Positions 35,455 through 49,000 of a stretch of DNA of 64,000 nucleotides are shown here, piece by piece. This DNA comes from Mobula birostris (Eukaryota). Numbering within the stretch: the stretch's first letter is position 1; each line of letters begins with the position of its first letter. The position numbers and the translations under genes are program-made. The DNA lies in assembly GCF_030028105.1 (NCBI RefSeq), contig NC_092379.1:28203821-28267820 (forward strand), written 5' to 3'. A model generated the notes under the pieces. The model ran no database searches. It had not been told where the DNA came from and saw nothing but the letters and a program-made list of their open reading frames with translations.

Positions 35455-37330
35455 CCATATAACCTTATAACAATTACAGTATGGAAACAGGCCATCTCGG
35501 CCCTTCCAGTCCGTGCCGACCTCTTACTCCCACCTAGTCCCACCGACCTGCACTAACCCCATAACCCTCCATTCCTTTCCTGCCAATATAACTGTCCAGT
35601 TGAACGTTAAACCACAACATCGAACTTGCTTCAACCACTTCTGCTGGAAGCTCGTCCCACGCAGCTACCACTCTCTCAGTAAAGAAGTTCTACCTCATGT
35701 TACCGCAAAACTTTTGTCCGTTAACTCTCAACTCATGTCCTCTTGTTTGAATCTCCCCCACTCTCAATAGAAAAATCCTTTTCACCTCAACTCTATCTAT
35801 CCGCCTCGTAATTTTAAATACCTCTATCAAGTCCCCCCCCCTCAACCTTCTACGTTTCAAGGAATACTCAACTTCTTCAAACTTTCTCTGTAACACAGGT
35901 GATGAAACCCAGGTAACATTCTCGTAAATCTTCTCTGTACTCTCTGGATTTTCTTGACATATTTCATAAATTCGGTGACCAGAACTGTACACAATACTCC
36001 AAACTTGGCCTCTACCAATGCCTTGTACAATTTCATATTATGTACCAACTCCGATACTCAATGCTCGGATTTATAAAGGCCAGCATACGAAAAGCTTTCT
36101 TCAACAACCTATCCACATGAGATTCCACCTTCAAGGATCTATGCACCAATATTCCTAGATCCCTCTGTTCTACCTCATCCCTCAGTGTCCTACCATTTAC
36201 TACGTGCTTCCTATTTTGATTAGTCCTACCAAAATGTAGCACCTCACATTTATAAGCGTTAAACTCCATCCGCCATCTTTCAATCACTCTTCTAATTGGC
36301 CTAAATTTCTATGCAAGCTTTGAAAACCTACTTCATTATCCACAACTCCACCTATTTTCGTAACATCTGCATACTTACTCATCCAATTTACCACCGCATC
36401 ATCCAGATCATTAATGTATATGACAAACAACATTGCAACAAGTACAGAACCCTAAGGCACACCAGTATTCACTGGCCTCCAATCTGACAAAGAGTTATCC
36501 ACCACTACTGTCTGGTGTCTTCCATCCAGCCACTGTTGAATCGTTTTTACTATTGCAATACTAATATCTATCGATTGAACATACCTAACTAACCTTCCGT
36601 GTGGAACCTTGTCAACGGCCTTACTTAAGTCCATATCGATAACATCACCGTTTTGCACTCGTCAACATTCCTAGTAACCACTTCAAAAAGTTCAATAAGA
36701 TTTGTCAAACATGACCTTCCACGCACAATTGCAAATGAGACCCTGTCTATGCAGATAATTATATATACCATCTCTAAGAATACATTCCATCAATTTACCC
36801 ACCACTGACGTCAAACTCACAGGCCGATAATTGCTAGGTTTACTCTTAGAACCTATTTTAAACAATGGAACAACATGAGCAATGCACCAATCCTCCGGCA
36901 CATCCCCGTTTATAATGGCATATGAAATACTTCTGTCAGAACCCCTGCTATTTCCACAAAAAGAAGCTTCCCTCAAGGTCCGAGGGAATATCTTGTCAGG
37001 ACACGGAAACTTATCCACTTTTATATTCCTTAAAAGCTCCAGTATTTCTTCTTCTTTAATCTTCATAGCTACCATAGCATCCCTACCTGTTTTCCTTACC
37101 TTACACAATTCTATATCCTTCTCCTTAGTGAATAACGAAGAAAAGAAATTGTTCAGAATTTCCCCCATGTCTTTTGGCTCCACACATAGCTGTCCACTCT
37201 GATTCTCAAAGGGACCAATTTTAACACTAACTATCTTTTTGCCATTAATATAACTGTAGAAACCGTTGGGATTTATGTTCACCTTACTTGTCAAAGCAAA
37301 GTCATATATTCTTTTAGCTTTTCTAATTCA
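35455..37330 (-). mobile_element. CR1 LINE RT region to 3' end
   Basis: ORFs 36692..37294 (SNYRPVSLTSVVGKLME), 36452..36658 (DLSKAVDKVPH...GVP) and 36033..36287. The tail matches the + copy ending at 51528. Confidence 0.9.
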
Positions 37331-37653
37331 TTTCTAAAGCTTTTTTTCTTTTTTCCATTCTTTATATTCCTCGATTAGGTTCCGGATAAATCAGGGTTGT
37401 CAGTGGTTTCTGGGGTTGCGCAGTTGGAGGTGCTGGAGTGGGTTATTCTGCGCTGCATCATGAAATAAACAACTAAATACACCTTGCAAGGAATTAGAAC
37501 AACATTTACTCATGAAGACATATAGTACGTAAATAGGTGCATAATCGATTGCCAACCAGGCAACAATACTGAATGTATTTTATTTTCTCTAGGAACACTC
37601 AAATTCCATTTTGATTTTTTCGCTTCCAATCTGGGAATTTTATTTTAAAATTC

Positions 37654-37715
37654 TACTGTGCAATGAGGCAAAAAACTACTGTGGTGCCGATGAACACGAA
37701 ATCGGCTAGAAGCTG
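37654..37715 (+). pseudogene. Possible relic of a supporting-V 3' end with decayed RSS
   Basis: TACTGTGCAATGAG is identical to the supporting V end. It is followed by 9 nt, TACTGTG, GTGCCG (versus CACTGTG ATGCCG) and a poor nonamer. Confidence 0.4.
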
Positions 37716-38541
37716 CCAAAGTAGATGGTGAGTGTTTAATGAGGAGAGGCCGCAGTAGTTTTCAGAAAAAAAAAACATTGCCAATACTATCACAAAAACA
37801 GTGACAGATCAAACCATATGATACTGGTTAGTCCAAAGTTTTTTCTGCAGGTATTACCCGTATTCAATTCGCACCGTTGCTTGTAAAGTGATTGCACTTT
37901 CTTCCCGGACCACCTGAGATTTATGTCGGATGCTCTGGTTTTCTTCCAACAACCCGAAGTCTGGTAGGATTTGGTAGGCTGTTTGGTCGTTCTAAAATAT
38001 AGCGTGATTAGGTTAGGAGTAAATCCCGTAATTGCCGGGCTGCGTACCTCGATGTGCAGAAAGGGCAGATTCCTCACTGTAGATTCAAACATAAATAAAT
38101 ATTCAATCGAAAAATCCAAAATAAGTAAATAAATGCGAATTGGTTTTCCCTGCAAATCTTATAGTCGGTGCGAAGTCGGCATGAATTTGTATTTTTCAGA
38201 AATGTATCCAAAGCTTTCGAATGACAAATAATTTCAATTCAATGCTTACGCTATTTGTATTTTTGCAGAAGCGATGAAACTAAATACAATGCATGCCGGG
38301 AGCTCCTTCAAAACTGCATCGATTGGTTAATCCCTCTCGGGTGAAAAGGTGAAACGCAATTTCTCTGCAACAACATATATTATTACACGTCCCTTATTTT
38401 GCCATTTTTAAATTAATTTCTGCCCAGTGTTTGCAGTGAATGTGCAAGAGGGTGAGTGTGGACATGGTGCAATTATTGCGTTACAGTCGTGACAGTCCAA
38501 GTCATGCATCGTAAATCTGTTAACTGCAGGTAACGGTTGAG

Positions 38542-38904
38542 TTTGCGACAGGCTTTCGATTTCAAATGTCCTTCTTAATCTTACCTTTGTGTACGTCTTG
38601 TATGTTGAGCGCCGATTACATAACATGAACAGAGGGATGCAATGAGAATATTGTCTTCTGCAAGATCATTTTGAAAATTTCAGTAATAAAACCTGAAAGT
38701 ACGAGATCCACGATATTATTCGGAAGGAATGTGATACTCTAGAGGGTACAGGTGATCAAGCAGTAAAGCTCGCCTGACTGGAAGTGTGAGTGACCGTCGA
38801 TTTAAAGATCGCCTTGGAATATTCCTAAACAGTCCCATCCTCCTAGGGTAGTTGAGTCATTATAGCAGTGGCAGAATGAGACGTAGTATCTGCTGAATTG
38901 TTTT
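38542..38904 (+). repeat. Third, more diverged copy of a ~365-bp module (others at 4494-4864 and ~59430-59797)
   Basis: Shared blocks tttgcgacaggctttc, attgtcttctg, cacgatattatt, gctcgcctgactggaagt and ctgctgaattgtttt. Confidence 0.85.
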
Positions 38905-39520
38905 AAACGCCATTATTTAGTTATTTGTTTGCTTTCTTGGTTACTTATCCTTTTCTCTTTATTTACAGAGCCATCAGTCTGTTCGTCTGTGCCATAATTA
39001 GTTACTTATTTTTTTTAATCTTTCTATTTATGTACTTAACATTAGTTTATGTGTTTATATATTTATCTATTTATGTTATTAATTCAGTAAGTGTGTTTCT
39101 TATTTGTTACTTATCTGATAATTATATATTTATGTGTTATTTATTCCAACGAGGCGGTATTCTTTGAGTATAAAGCCATACCATGCTGACCACAATGTAT
39201 AATTCATACACGCTTCCTTTTGGGTGTCTGGGGAATAGATAAGTTCTACTTGGTAGATAAAACCCGCAAGTTGCCTTAATTGTTTACTCAGAATTAACTT
39301 GAAGGCATTTTCCAGCTGACCGACAGATTGTTCAATCTAAAAAACACAGCAGAGCAAGAAATGTAAGATTGCAGCATTTTGATGAAAATTAAATAATTCA
39401 TTTTAAGTTGAGGGAAATTATTCAGTTCCAGCCTGAGTTCAATTCACCATTTGATACCTTATTTCATAGGGCCGCTGTCATTTACTGATCCAAATATTTT
39501 CACCACTTGTTCGTTGTCAT

Positions 39521-41270
39521 AGATTAGATTAGATTAGATTTAACTTTATTGTCATTGTGCCGAGTACAGATACAAAGCCAATGAAATGCAGTTACCATCT
39601 GGCCAGCAATGCAAAGAATAGTATTACTTAGAAAACAACTGCGAATAAAACGTAAGTGCTACATCACACAAATATCAAAGTATTGAGACAGTACAATATG
39701 GGTGCATTGCTGCTTAGCGCTGTGATGTGAAGGTCAGCAGGGTAACAGCCTCAGGGAAGAAGCTCTTCCTGTGCCTGCAGGTGCGGGAGCGGAGGGTCCT
39801 GCAGCGCCTACCGGATGGGAGGAGTGTTAAAAGTCTATGGTTAGGGTGAGATGCTTCCATGATAATGCTTTTTGCCCTGCCCAGGCAGCGTTTGTGGTGA
39901 ATATGTTCAATGGTGGGAAATTAGGTGCTGATAATCCGCTGGGCAGTTTTCACCACGCGCTGGAGTGTTTTGCGGTCCGATACGAGACAATTGCCATGCC
40001 ACACAGAAATGCTGTTGGTCAGTATGCTCTCAATGGTACAGGGCTAAAAGTCCGTCTGCATCCAGGGCCAGAGTTGAGCTTTCTTGATGCTCCGCAGGAA
40101 ATAAGGCGCTGTTGCGCCCTTTTGATCAGGATGAAGGAGTTCAGGGACCAGCTGAGATCCTCGGAAATGTGGACACCAAGGAATTTGAAGCTTGATATAC
40201 GCTCCACCAAAGATCCGATGAGGAGGTGAGTGTGGCTCCTAGCACGCCTGAAGTCCACAATAATCTCCTTAGTCTTCTGGGTGATGAGGGCCAGGATGCT
40301 GTCGGCACACTACGCAGCCAGGTGCCGGACCTTGTCCCTGTAGGCCATCTCGTCATCCTCTGTGATCAGGGCTAACACCGTGGCGTCTCCTGCGAACTAG
40401 ATTATGGAGTTAGAACCATGTACAGGAACGCAGTCATTGGTGAAAAGGGAGTACAGAAGAGGACTCAGCACATAGCCTTGAAGGACGCCAGTGTTCAGGT
40501 AAGAGTAATGGAGGAGTGGTTCTCTAACTTAACTGATTGGGGTCTGTTAGTCAGAAAGTCCAAGGTCCAGTTACAGGGGGATGAGTTGATACGAAGCTGG
40601 CGAAGTTTGGCGATCAGCTTGGAGAGGATCACAGTATTGAATGCAGAACTAAAGTCAATGAACAGCATTCTGACGTAGGAGTCGTGGCTTTCCAGGTGCG
40701 TCAGGACAGAGTGAAATGCTTTGGAGATGGCGTCCTCTGTAGACCTGTTGGTGCGATAGGCGAATTGGTGGGGGTCCAAGGTAGCGGGAAGACAGGATTT
40801 CAGATGTGATAGAACCAGTCTGTCAAATCACTTTTCAATGATGGGTGTGAGTGCAACTGGACGGAAGTCATTCAGGCCCGTGGCAGTGGAATGCTTTCGG
40901 TACTGGCACGATGGTGACGATCTTGAAGCTTGTGGAGACAACTGCCTGGGCCAGGAACAGATGAAAATGTTCGTGAAGACCCTGGCCAGCTGCCTTGCAC
41001 AGACTCTGAGCACACGGCCAGGTATTCCATCCAGACCAGTTGCCGTCTGTACGTTCACCCTGCTCAGTGTGGCGCAAAATTAGAAGGTGGAAAGTGGGAG
41101 AGGCAGTTCATCATGTGGGAGATCCGCTTTGAAGGTGACCTCCTTCTTTGCTCGGTCAAAGCGTAGAAGTATTTGAGCTCATCAGGGAGGGAAGTGGAGC
41201 CTGAAGGGGGCTCAGTACTTGGGATAGAATGCTTCCGCAAAACAGAAAATGATACAGTCATGAGGCACAC
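39521..41270 (-). mobile_element. Rex1/Babar LINE RT region to 3' end
   Basis: ORF 40495..40779 [18 protein letters not shown]...[15 protein letters not shown] and FKFLGVHISEDLSWS. The (TCTAA)n tail reads as agatt repeats at 39521. Confidence 0.9.
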
Positions 41271-42662
41271 TTTAGAAGTTCTTCTTGTTTTTCCATTTTC
41301 CATATCTGCCTGAAATTATTCCCTACGTGAAAATGATACATGCTATCTGTGTATTAAAGTTGCACCATCATCGTCATGTTGGAGCCATTAAAGGAGAGAA
41401 AGGAACACATATTTCTATGAAGACATTCTCACAAGCCCTACTAATATTAAATTAAGTTCATTTTATTAGCTAATCCACTGTTTATTCTGCAGAGCTCGTT
41501 AAAAATTATTTTTCATACTCGGATGTCCGTTGCATTGTGGCGCTCGCTCTGCATATTACAATGGTTTGTAACAGATTGGAACAGATTATCGGGAATATGA
41601 TGGAGAGCATGAACTATTCTTCGCACTGCACAGATGCTGTCTGATCTTGTGGATGTTTGTTTCAACTTAACTTTCCTTTCTGATACTGTTGACACGGTAT
41701 GTTGCTTTTGCAAGAGGTTTACATTGAAGTCTACAGCGCCACTAACTTTGAACGCGTTGTAGTAAACGTCATCATGCGGTGCCCTTGAACGGGATCCTAT
41801 TCAGAGATGTAAAAAGAATCAAAGAGATAAAATTCCTGGAATTCGTCATAAAGAATGTCCCTCAGAACATACCGTTTGTCACTTTACAGGAACAAATTGA
41901 CCCCATTCCCTTCGACGTCTGTTCATTTTTGACATCATATGCACAGTATAAAGATCGGTGTTTTTTTAATAAATGATTTCATATTCAGGTGAAAAAGTTT
42001 TTGCATCAGAGTATGATGATATGTAAGATATTGCAGCTCCAGGCGTGGTGGGGTGCACTTTGCAAGTCCATGTTTTCGAGAGCGTCACGGTTTGAAATCA
42101 TCATCTGTTTGGGTGTTTCCTGATAGTCAAACAATCGAGGATTGCCTTCAGCATTTGCATTTATCCACTATGCCTCTCTTAATGTGGATTTTCTTTACTT
42201 CCGATAGGACGATATTTTATGATAATTAAAAAAAGGGTTGTATTCTTGCCGATTATGAACGACATACACAACGGCCCAAGGCCAAGACCTTGCATTCCAC
42301 TGTTCCCAAAATGCGAGACTTGCTCTTTAATGTCTGCGATTTGAGAGTCATTAATCAAAACATGTGGAAAACATCCACTGGAAGGGTACGACATCCTACC
42401 CTGCTGAACAGTCGCAAGATACAAGATGTCGTTCTGTTTTTATCTATTTATTTCTGAGTCTCGACCTCAGAAAATAGGTGCGTGACAAATTAATTTTAAT
42501 TAGGTGGGAAATTTGCTGCTTAATCTCAACATTCTGGGCAAAGAGATATTGTTTTATATCCTTACGTTTCTCTCTACGTATATCCATCGATCCTTTATAT
42601 CGATCAGCTTGATCATCGGGAGTTTGCAGCCGAGGTTTACGAGAGAAAAGTGCTTCATTATA

Positions 42663-44146
42663 ACACCATTCACTTTAAAGTTTATGAACTATCGACTTGA
42701 TTCAGTGTCTCTAATTCGGTAAAATATTGGAACAGATTCTTTGTAACAAATTGCATCAGGGTTAATAATATTTACACTGTGCACAGAAACAACACATTGT
42801 AGAACATTTTATGCTGGTGCTTTCCATCACAACTGTCGAGTAATCTCTCCTTACGTCAGCAGTAAAATTGTAATCTGTGTCTCGTAAAAAGATCCATCAT
42901 CGTAGTGGCGTCGTCGCGGTCGCTGTTGTTGTTGTTGTTGTTGGTTAATATCCAGGGAAAGTGAAAACTCATGAATTGTACTATTGCCTGAGAATCCGGT
43001 AGGAATGGATGAGTGACATTTCCTTCAGGGTCATTTATTATTTTTTTCCTTGTCTGCTCTTCCAAAATAAGAGATACTCCGACTGGTGGCAAAGAGAACC
43101 CCCACGAAATGCCTGTTTCGGTCTATCAATGTTTATTCCTCTAAAGTCGACAAGAATTTAATTTACAGAATAGTTCCAGACTTCCCTTGAAATGATGCAG
43201 TTCTGTCTGTTCACTATATTTGGGTTCAGTGTGGTTCAGGACACAGAGGTATACGACAGTATCGTGGCCTTTTGAATTTTTAACTCCACGCTCTCACAAA
43301 CACAAATACAATGCAAAGCAGATTGAGTTGTTAGCACCGCTACTTCTTTGAACACTTTTGCTCTAATTCAATGCAGATATTCAGGTGAACGGATTATACC
43401 GTGTGCATATGGGTATATAATGATTGGTTATGATCAGATACCACTATTATAATCACTGCATTTCAGAGGTAGTGGAGTATAAGAGCGAGATAAGTAGCAG
43501 AATAATATTCTCCCAATCATCTCAATTGTGGGTTGATGGCAGTTTTTCACTACCAGTTCAAAAGTGGACAGCTCATTGCGACACAACTAGGTAGTGATCA
43601 GAATTGTCTGATCTTCTTCAACCCATGATGTTCTCGTAGTCGTGGGTTGCTTTTCCGGTGCCTACTGGATGATCAGGGTAAATCCAGTAAATATGTCGTC
43701 GCCATGGGCATTCAACTCTTATTTTGGAAGAGCAGACAAGGAAAAAAAAAATAAATGGAACCTGAAGGAAATTTCACTCATCCATTCCTACTGGATTCTC
43801 AGCAATAGTGCAATTCATGAGTTTCCACTTTCCCTAGATATTAACCAACAACAACAACAACAGCAGCGGCGATGATGGCGACGACGACGACGCCAACACG
43901 ATGAAGTTGTTTTTTTTTTTAGGAGATTCAGATTACAATTTTAATGCTGACGACGTGGGGAGAGATTACTCGACAGTTGTGATGGAAAGCACCGGCATAA
44001 AATGTTCTACAATCTGTTGTTTCTGTGCACAGTGTAAAGATTATTAACCCTGATGCAACTTGTTACAAAGAATCTGCTCTAATATTTTATGGAATTAGAG
44101 ACACTGAAGCAGGTCGATAGTTCATAAACTTTAAAGTGAACAGTGT
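42663..44146. repeat. Long inverted repeat: arms 42663-43073 and 43716-44146, 642-bp spacer
   Basis: For example ccttgtctgctcttccaaaataagag pairs with ctcttattttggaagagcagacaagg, and cactttaaagtttatgaactatcgac with gtcgatagttcataaactttaaagtg. Both arms carry a (CAA)n tract. Confidence 0.95.
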
Positions 44147-45748
44147 TGTAAAGAAAATAATCAATAAACGCTAAGCCTAATTGGAGTGTTAACTAAAACT
44201 CACTAATGGGAAACGAGGCCTATACTGCGGCTGAAAAGGAAATCTAAACATTATCAGAATGCCGCTTGTCGTCAGAGCCAGTTGACTCGAACGTCCAATT
44301 TCGCAGAAAAGAGCGAAAGCAAATAGGCAGTGAAGCTTTGCTGTAGTCTGTCCAAGTCTCGGTAAGCACTAGGACTGCAAGTATGGAGTTAAATACTATC
44401 AGGTCTAAATTATAATCTAGAATACCCCAGTGGCTGTGCCCCTTGACAATAAGTACTCCTGTTTGAGTACTGTTGGTGGGGAGCGGGGGGCGGGAAACAG
44501 CTTACCTAGGGGAACCAACAGTGGCCGTGCCTCCGGCACAGTGCCTGGCCCTATAGCTCAGAAGGGTAGGGAAAGGATGACGAGGGCAGTAGTAGTAGGG
44601 GACTCGATATTTAAGGGGTCAGATAGGCGATCCTGTGGACGCAATCAGGGCTCCCGGATATTAGTTTGCCTTCCTGGTGCCAGGGTCCGGGATGTCTCTA
44701 ATCGCGTCCAAGATATCATGAAGTGGGAGGGTGAGGAGACAGAGATCGTGGTAGCTATAGATACCAATTACATAGGGAGGAAAATGGAAGAGGTCCTAAA
44801 AGGAGAATATATGGAGTTAGGATGGGAGTTGAGAAGAAGCACCGCAAAGGTAGTAATTTCGGGATTTCTGCCTGTGACACGCGAAAGTGAGATTAGGAAT
44901 GGAATCTGGTGGAGGACAAATCCGTGGCTGAGAGATTGGAGCAGCGGTCAGGGATTCAAGTTTCTGGATCATTGGGACCTCTTTTGGCGCAGGTGTGACC
45001 TGTACAAAAAGGACCGGTTGCACTTGAATCCTGGCGGGACAAATATCCTGGCAGGGAGATTTGCGAAGGATACTGGGGAGACTTGAAACTAGAATGCTTG
45101 GGGGGTGGGAATCAAATTGAAGAGACGAGAAGAGAGGAGGTTAGCTCATAAATAGGGGAAGCTAGTAGACTGTGTATAAACGAGGATAGGCAGGGGACAG
45201 AAAACTGGAGCACTCAGACCGAAAATGTAGTCGAGAAGGGAGAAGAAGGTAACAAAGTTGTTGCACCATTAGGGATAAACAGAGTGTAAGAAGTGGAGAC
45301 TTTCTTAAATGCATCTGTTTTAATGCTAGGAGCATTGTAAGAAAGGTGGATGAGCTGAGGGTATGGGTTGATACCTGGAAATATGATGTTGTAGCTGTTA
45401 GTGAAACATGGTTGCATAAGGGGTGTGATTGGCAACTAGATATTCCTGGATTTCATTGCTTCAGGTGTGATAGAATCGGAAGGAGCATAAGGGGCATGTA
45501 TTGCATTGCTTGTCAAAGAAAATATTACAGCGGTGCTTTGGCAGGATAGATTAGAGGACTCGTCTAAGGTGCCTATTTGGGTGGAATTGAGGAATGGGAA
45601 AGGTGTAATAACGCTTCTAGGGGGGTATTATAGACCACCTAATGGCGTGAGAGAATGGGAGGAGCAATTTGTAAGGAGATAGAAGATATTTGCAGTAAGC
45701 ACAAGGCTTGAATTGTGGAAGATTTTAATTTTCCACTCATAGACTAGG

Positions 45749-45825
45749 TGTGACGTGGTCCTGAATTACCCCTATGAACTGTGCTCGATTACGCCTATGA
45801 ATTGTGATTTTGGAGAGAGAGACAG

Positions 45826-45860
<35 letters not shown>

Positions 45861-46693
45861 GAAAGAGAAAAAGAGAGAGAGAGAGAGAGACAGAGACAGA
45901 AAGAGAGAGTTAGTTAACTCCAACAAAACTTGTCTTTAAGAGAGTGAGAGAGAGAGATGAAGACTGCTCATAGGTTGTTCATACTTTCTTCAAGGATATT
46001 TGCCTGCTTGTACATTTCTTACACAGGCAAAGGAAGGAGGAGTTATTTGAGAGACAGTTGATGCTCAGCACGGGAAGATAAAGGAGAAGGTCAGATGATA
46101 GACCTCAGATACATGTTTTGGGACACTGAATGAGCTTTGTTGTGTCCGCAGAAAAAGTGGGTTTTTGGAGGATCGATCAGGCTGCTTGATCAATGGCTCT
46201 TGCAGTGGAAAGGAAAGGGTAGTGACCGGTGAGGAGTTGTCCACGTGTCCACCCTTGCCTGGTTGATAGTTCCACCACAGTAAACCGGTCCTCTTTGCTT
46301 TGGTCATAGTCGGTGACGTTTAAAGGATTTCGGTGGAAGACGAGAAGATCGACGGCGTTAGCTCACCCGGAAACTCCAATCTCTGTTTCTCTCTCTCTTT
46401 CTCCATCACTAATCAAATGAATACCACAAACTGAACTGAACTGAACTTCACTCATCATCGTAAGACTGTATTTTTTTTTTACCCCTAAACATGAAGAAGC
46501 TTGATTTCCATGTATTTCTACACTTACTGATATACTTACTTATATATAATCATTACTAACATGTTTGGTTTATCTACATTTATGTTACTGTATTGCATAG
46601 TTACTAAGAAATATTATTAGGTAATAGCAATAATGGACTCCAAATTATTTCCATCTCTGCTGGTTCTTTATTCCCGTCACGGGGAACGTGACA
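45749..46693. mobile_element. Solo LTR inserted in CR1 ORF2, containing a (GA)n tract
   Basis: TGTGACG...CGTGACA termini. The flanks ctagg/ctggg form an imperfect 5-bp TSD, and the CR1 sequence resumes on both sides. Confidence 0.75.
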
Positions 46694-47030
46694 CTGGGGA
46701 ACCCATTCTGTAAAAGGGCTGGATGGTTTGGAGTTTGTAAAATGTGCGCAAGATAGTTTTTTACAGCAATACCTAGAGGGCAAACTAGAGAAGGGACAAT
46801 GTTGGATCTCCTGTTGGGGAATGAGATTGGTCACGTGACGGAAGTATGCATTGGGTAACACTTTGTGTCCAGTGAACACAATGCCATTAATTTCAATATC
46901 ATTACGGAGATGGATAGGACTGGACCCAGGGCTGAGATTTTGATTGGAGAAAGGCTAACTTTGTGGAGATTCAAAATGATTTAGATAGAGTGGAATGGGA
47001 CAATTTATTTAATAGGAAGTATGTAATAGA

Positions 47031-48143
47031 AACATAGAAACATAGAAAATAGGTGCAGGAGTAGGCCATTCGGCCCTTCGAGCCTGCACCGCCATTTATT
47101 ATGATCATGGCTGATCATCCAACTCAGAACCCTGCACCAGCCTTCCCTCCATACCCCCTGATCCCCGTAGCCACAAGGGCAATATCTAACTCCCTCTTAA
47201 ATATAGCCAATAAACTGGCCCCAACTGTTTCCTGTGGCAGAGAATTCCACAGATTCATCACTCTCTGTGTGGAGAAGTTTTTCGTAATTGCAGTACTAAA
47301 AGGCTTCCCCTTTATCCTCAAACTGTGAACCCTCGTTCTGGACTTCCCCAACATCAGCAACAATCTTCCTGCATCTAGCCTGTCCAATCCCTTTAGGATT
47401 TTATACGTTTCAATCAGATCCCCCCTCAATCTTCTAAATTCCAACGAGTACAAGCCTAGTTCATCCAGTCTTTCTTCATATGAAAGTCCTGCCATCCCAG
47501 GAATCAACCTGGTGAACCTTCTTTGTGCTCCCTCTATGGCAAGGATGTCTTTCCTCAGATTAGGGGACCAAAACTGCACACAATACTCCAGGTGTGGTCT
47601 CACCAAGGCCTTGTACAATGCAGTAGTACCTCCCTGCTCCTGTACTCGAATCCTCTCGCTATAAATGCCAGCATACCAATCGCCTTTTTCACCACCTGCT
47701 GTACCTGCATGCCCACTTTCAATGACTGGTGTATAATGACACCCAGGTCTCGTTGCACCTCCCCTTTTCCTAATCGGCCACCATTCAGATAATAATCTGT
47801 TTTCTTATTTTTGCCACCAAAGTGGATAACTTCACATTTATCCACATTAAGTTGCATCTGCCATGAATTTGCCCACTCACCCAACCTATCCAAGTCACCC
47901 TGCGTCCTCTTAGCATCCTCCTCACAGCTAACACTGCCGCCCAGCTTCGTGTCACCCGCAAACTTGGAGATGCTGCATTTAATTCCCTCATCCAAGTCAT
48001 TAATATATATTGTAAACAACTGGGGTCCCAGCACTGAGCCTTGCGGTACCCCACTAGTCACTGCCTGCCATTCTGAAAAGGTCCCGTTTATTCCCACTCT
48101 TTGCTTCCTGTCTGTTAACCAATTCTCTATTCACATCAATACC
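47031..48143 (-). mobile_element. 5'-truncated CR1 of another family inserted antisense into the CR1
   Basis: TSD TAATAGA at 47024-30 and 48144-50. ORFs 47600..48097 (GVPQGSVLGP, FAGDTKL) and 47124..47618. The tail is (tttctatg)n. Confidence 0.9.
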
Positions 48144-49000
48144 TAATAGAGAAATGGAGGTCATTTAAAGGTGAAATGTTGAGGGTACAGAATCTTTATG
48201 TTGCTGTTAGGTTGAAAGGAAAGGTTAACAGTTTAAGAAAGCCATGGTTTTCAAAGAATATTGGAAACCTGGTTCGGAAATATAAAAACAGAGAGATCCA
48301 CAATAAATATAGGCAGCTTGTAGTAACTGAGATGCTCGCGGAATATAAAGAATGTAAAAAAAAAATCTTAAGGAACAAATTAGAAAAGCTGGAAGAAGGT
48401 ATGAGTTTGCTTTGGTAAGTAATGTGAAAATAAATCCAAAGGGCTTCTACAGTTATATTAATAGCAAAAGCATAGTGAGGGATAAAATTGGACCTTTAGA
48501 GATTCAGAGTGGACGGCTCTGTGCGGAGTCAAAAGAGCTGGGGACGATTTTGAACAATTTATTTTCTTCGGTCTTCACTTAGGAGACGGATATTCAATTG
48601 TGCAAGGTACGGGAAACAAGGAGGGTGGTTATGAAATCTGTGACGATTAAAGACGGGGAAGCACTGGCGCTTTTAAGGTATATAAAAGTGGATAAGTCTC
48701 CGGGTGCTGACTGGATATTCCCTAGGAACTTGAGGGAAGTTAGTGTGGAAACAGCAAAGGCTCTGACAGAAATATTTCAAATGTCATTAGAAACGGGATG
48801 GTGCCGGAGGATTGGCGTATTTGTCATGTTGTTCCATTGTTTAAACACGGTTCTAAGTGTAAACCTAGCAATTATCGGCCTGTGAGTTTGACGTCAGTGC
48901 TGGGTAAATTGATGGAAAGTATTCTTAGAGATGGTATATATAATTATCTGGATAGACAGGGCCTGATTAGGAACAGTCAACATGAATTTGTGCGTGAAAG

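Noticed and set aside
42775-44034. Heptamers CACTGTG (42775) and CACAGTG (44028) in the inverted-repeat arms
   Set aside because: No nonamer at 12 or 22/23 nt spacing, and no V, D or J coding flank.
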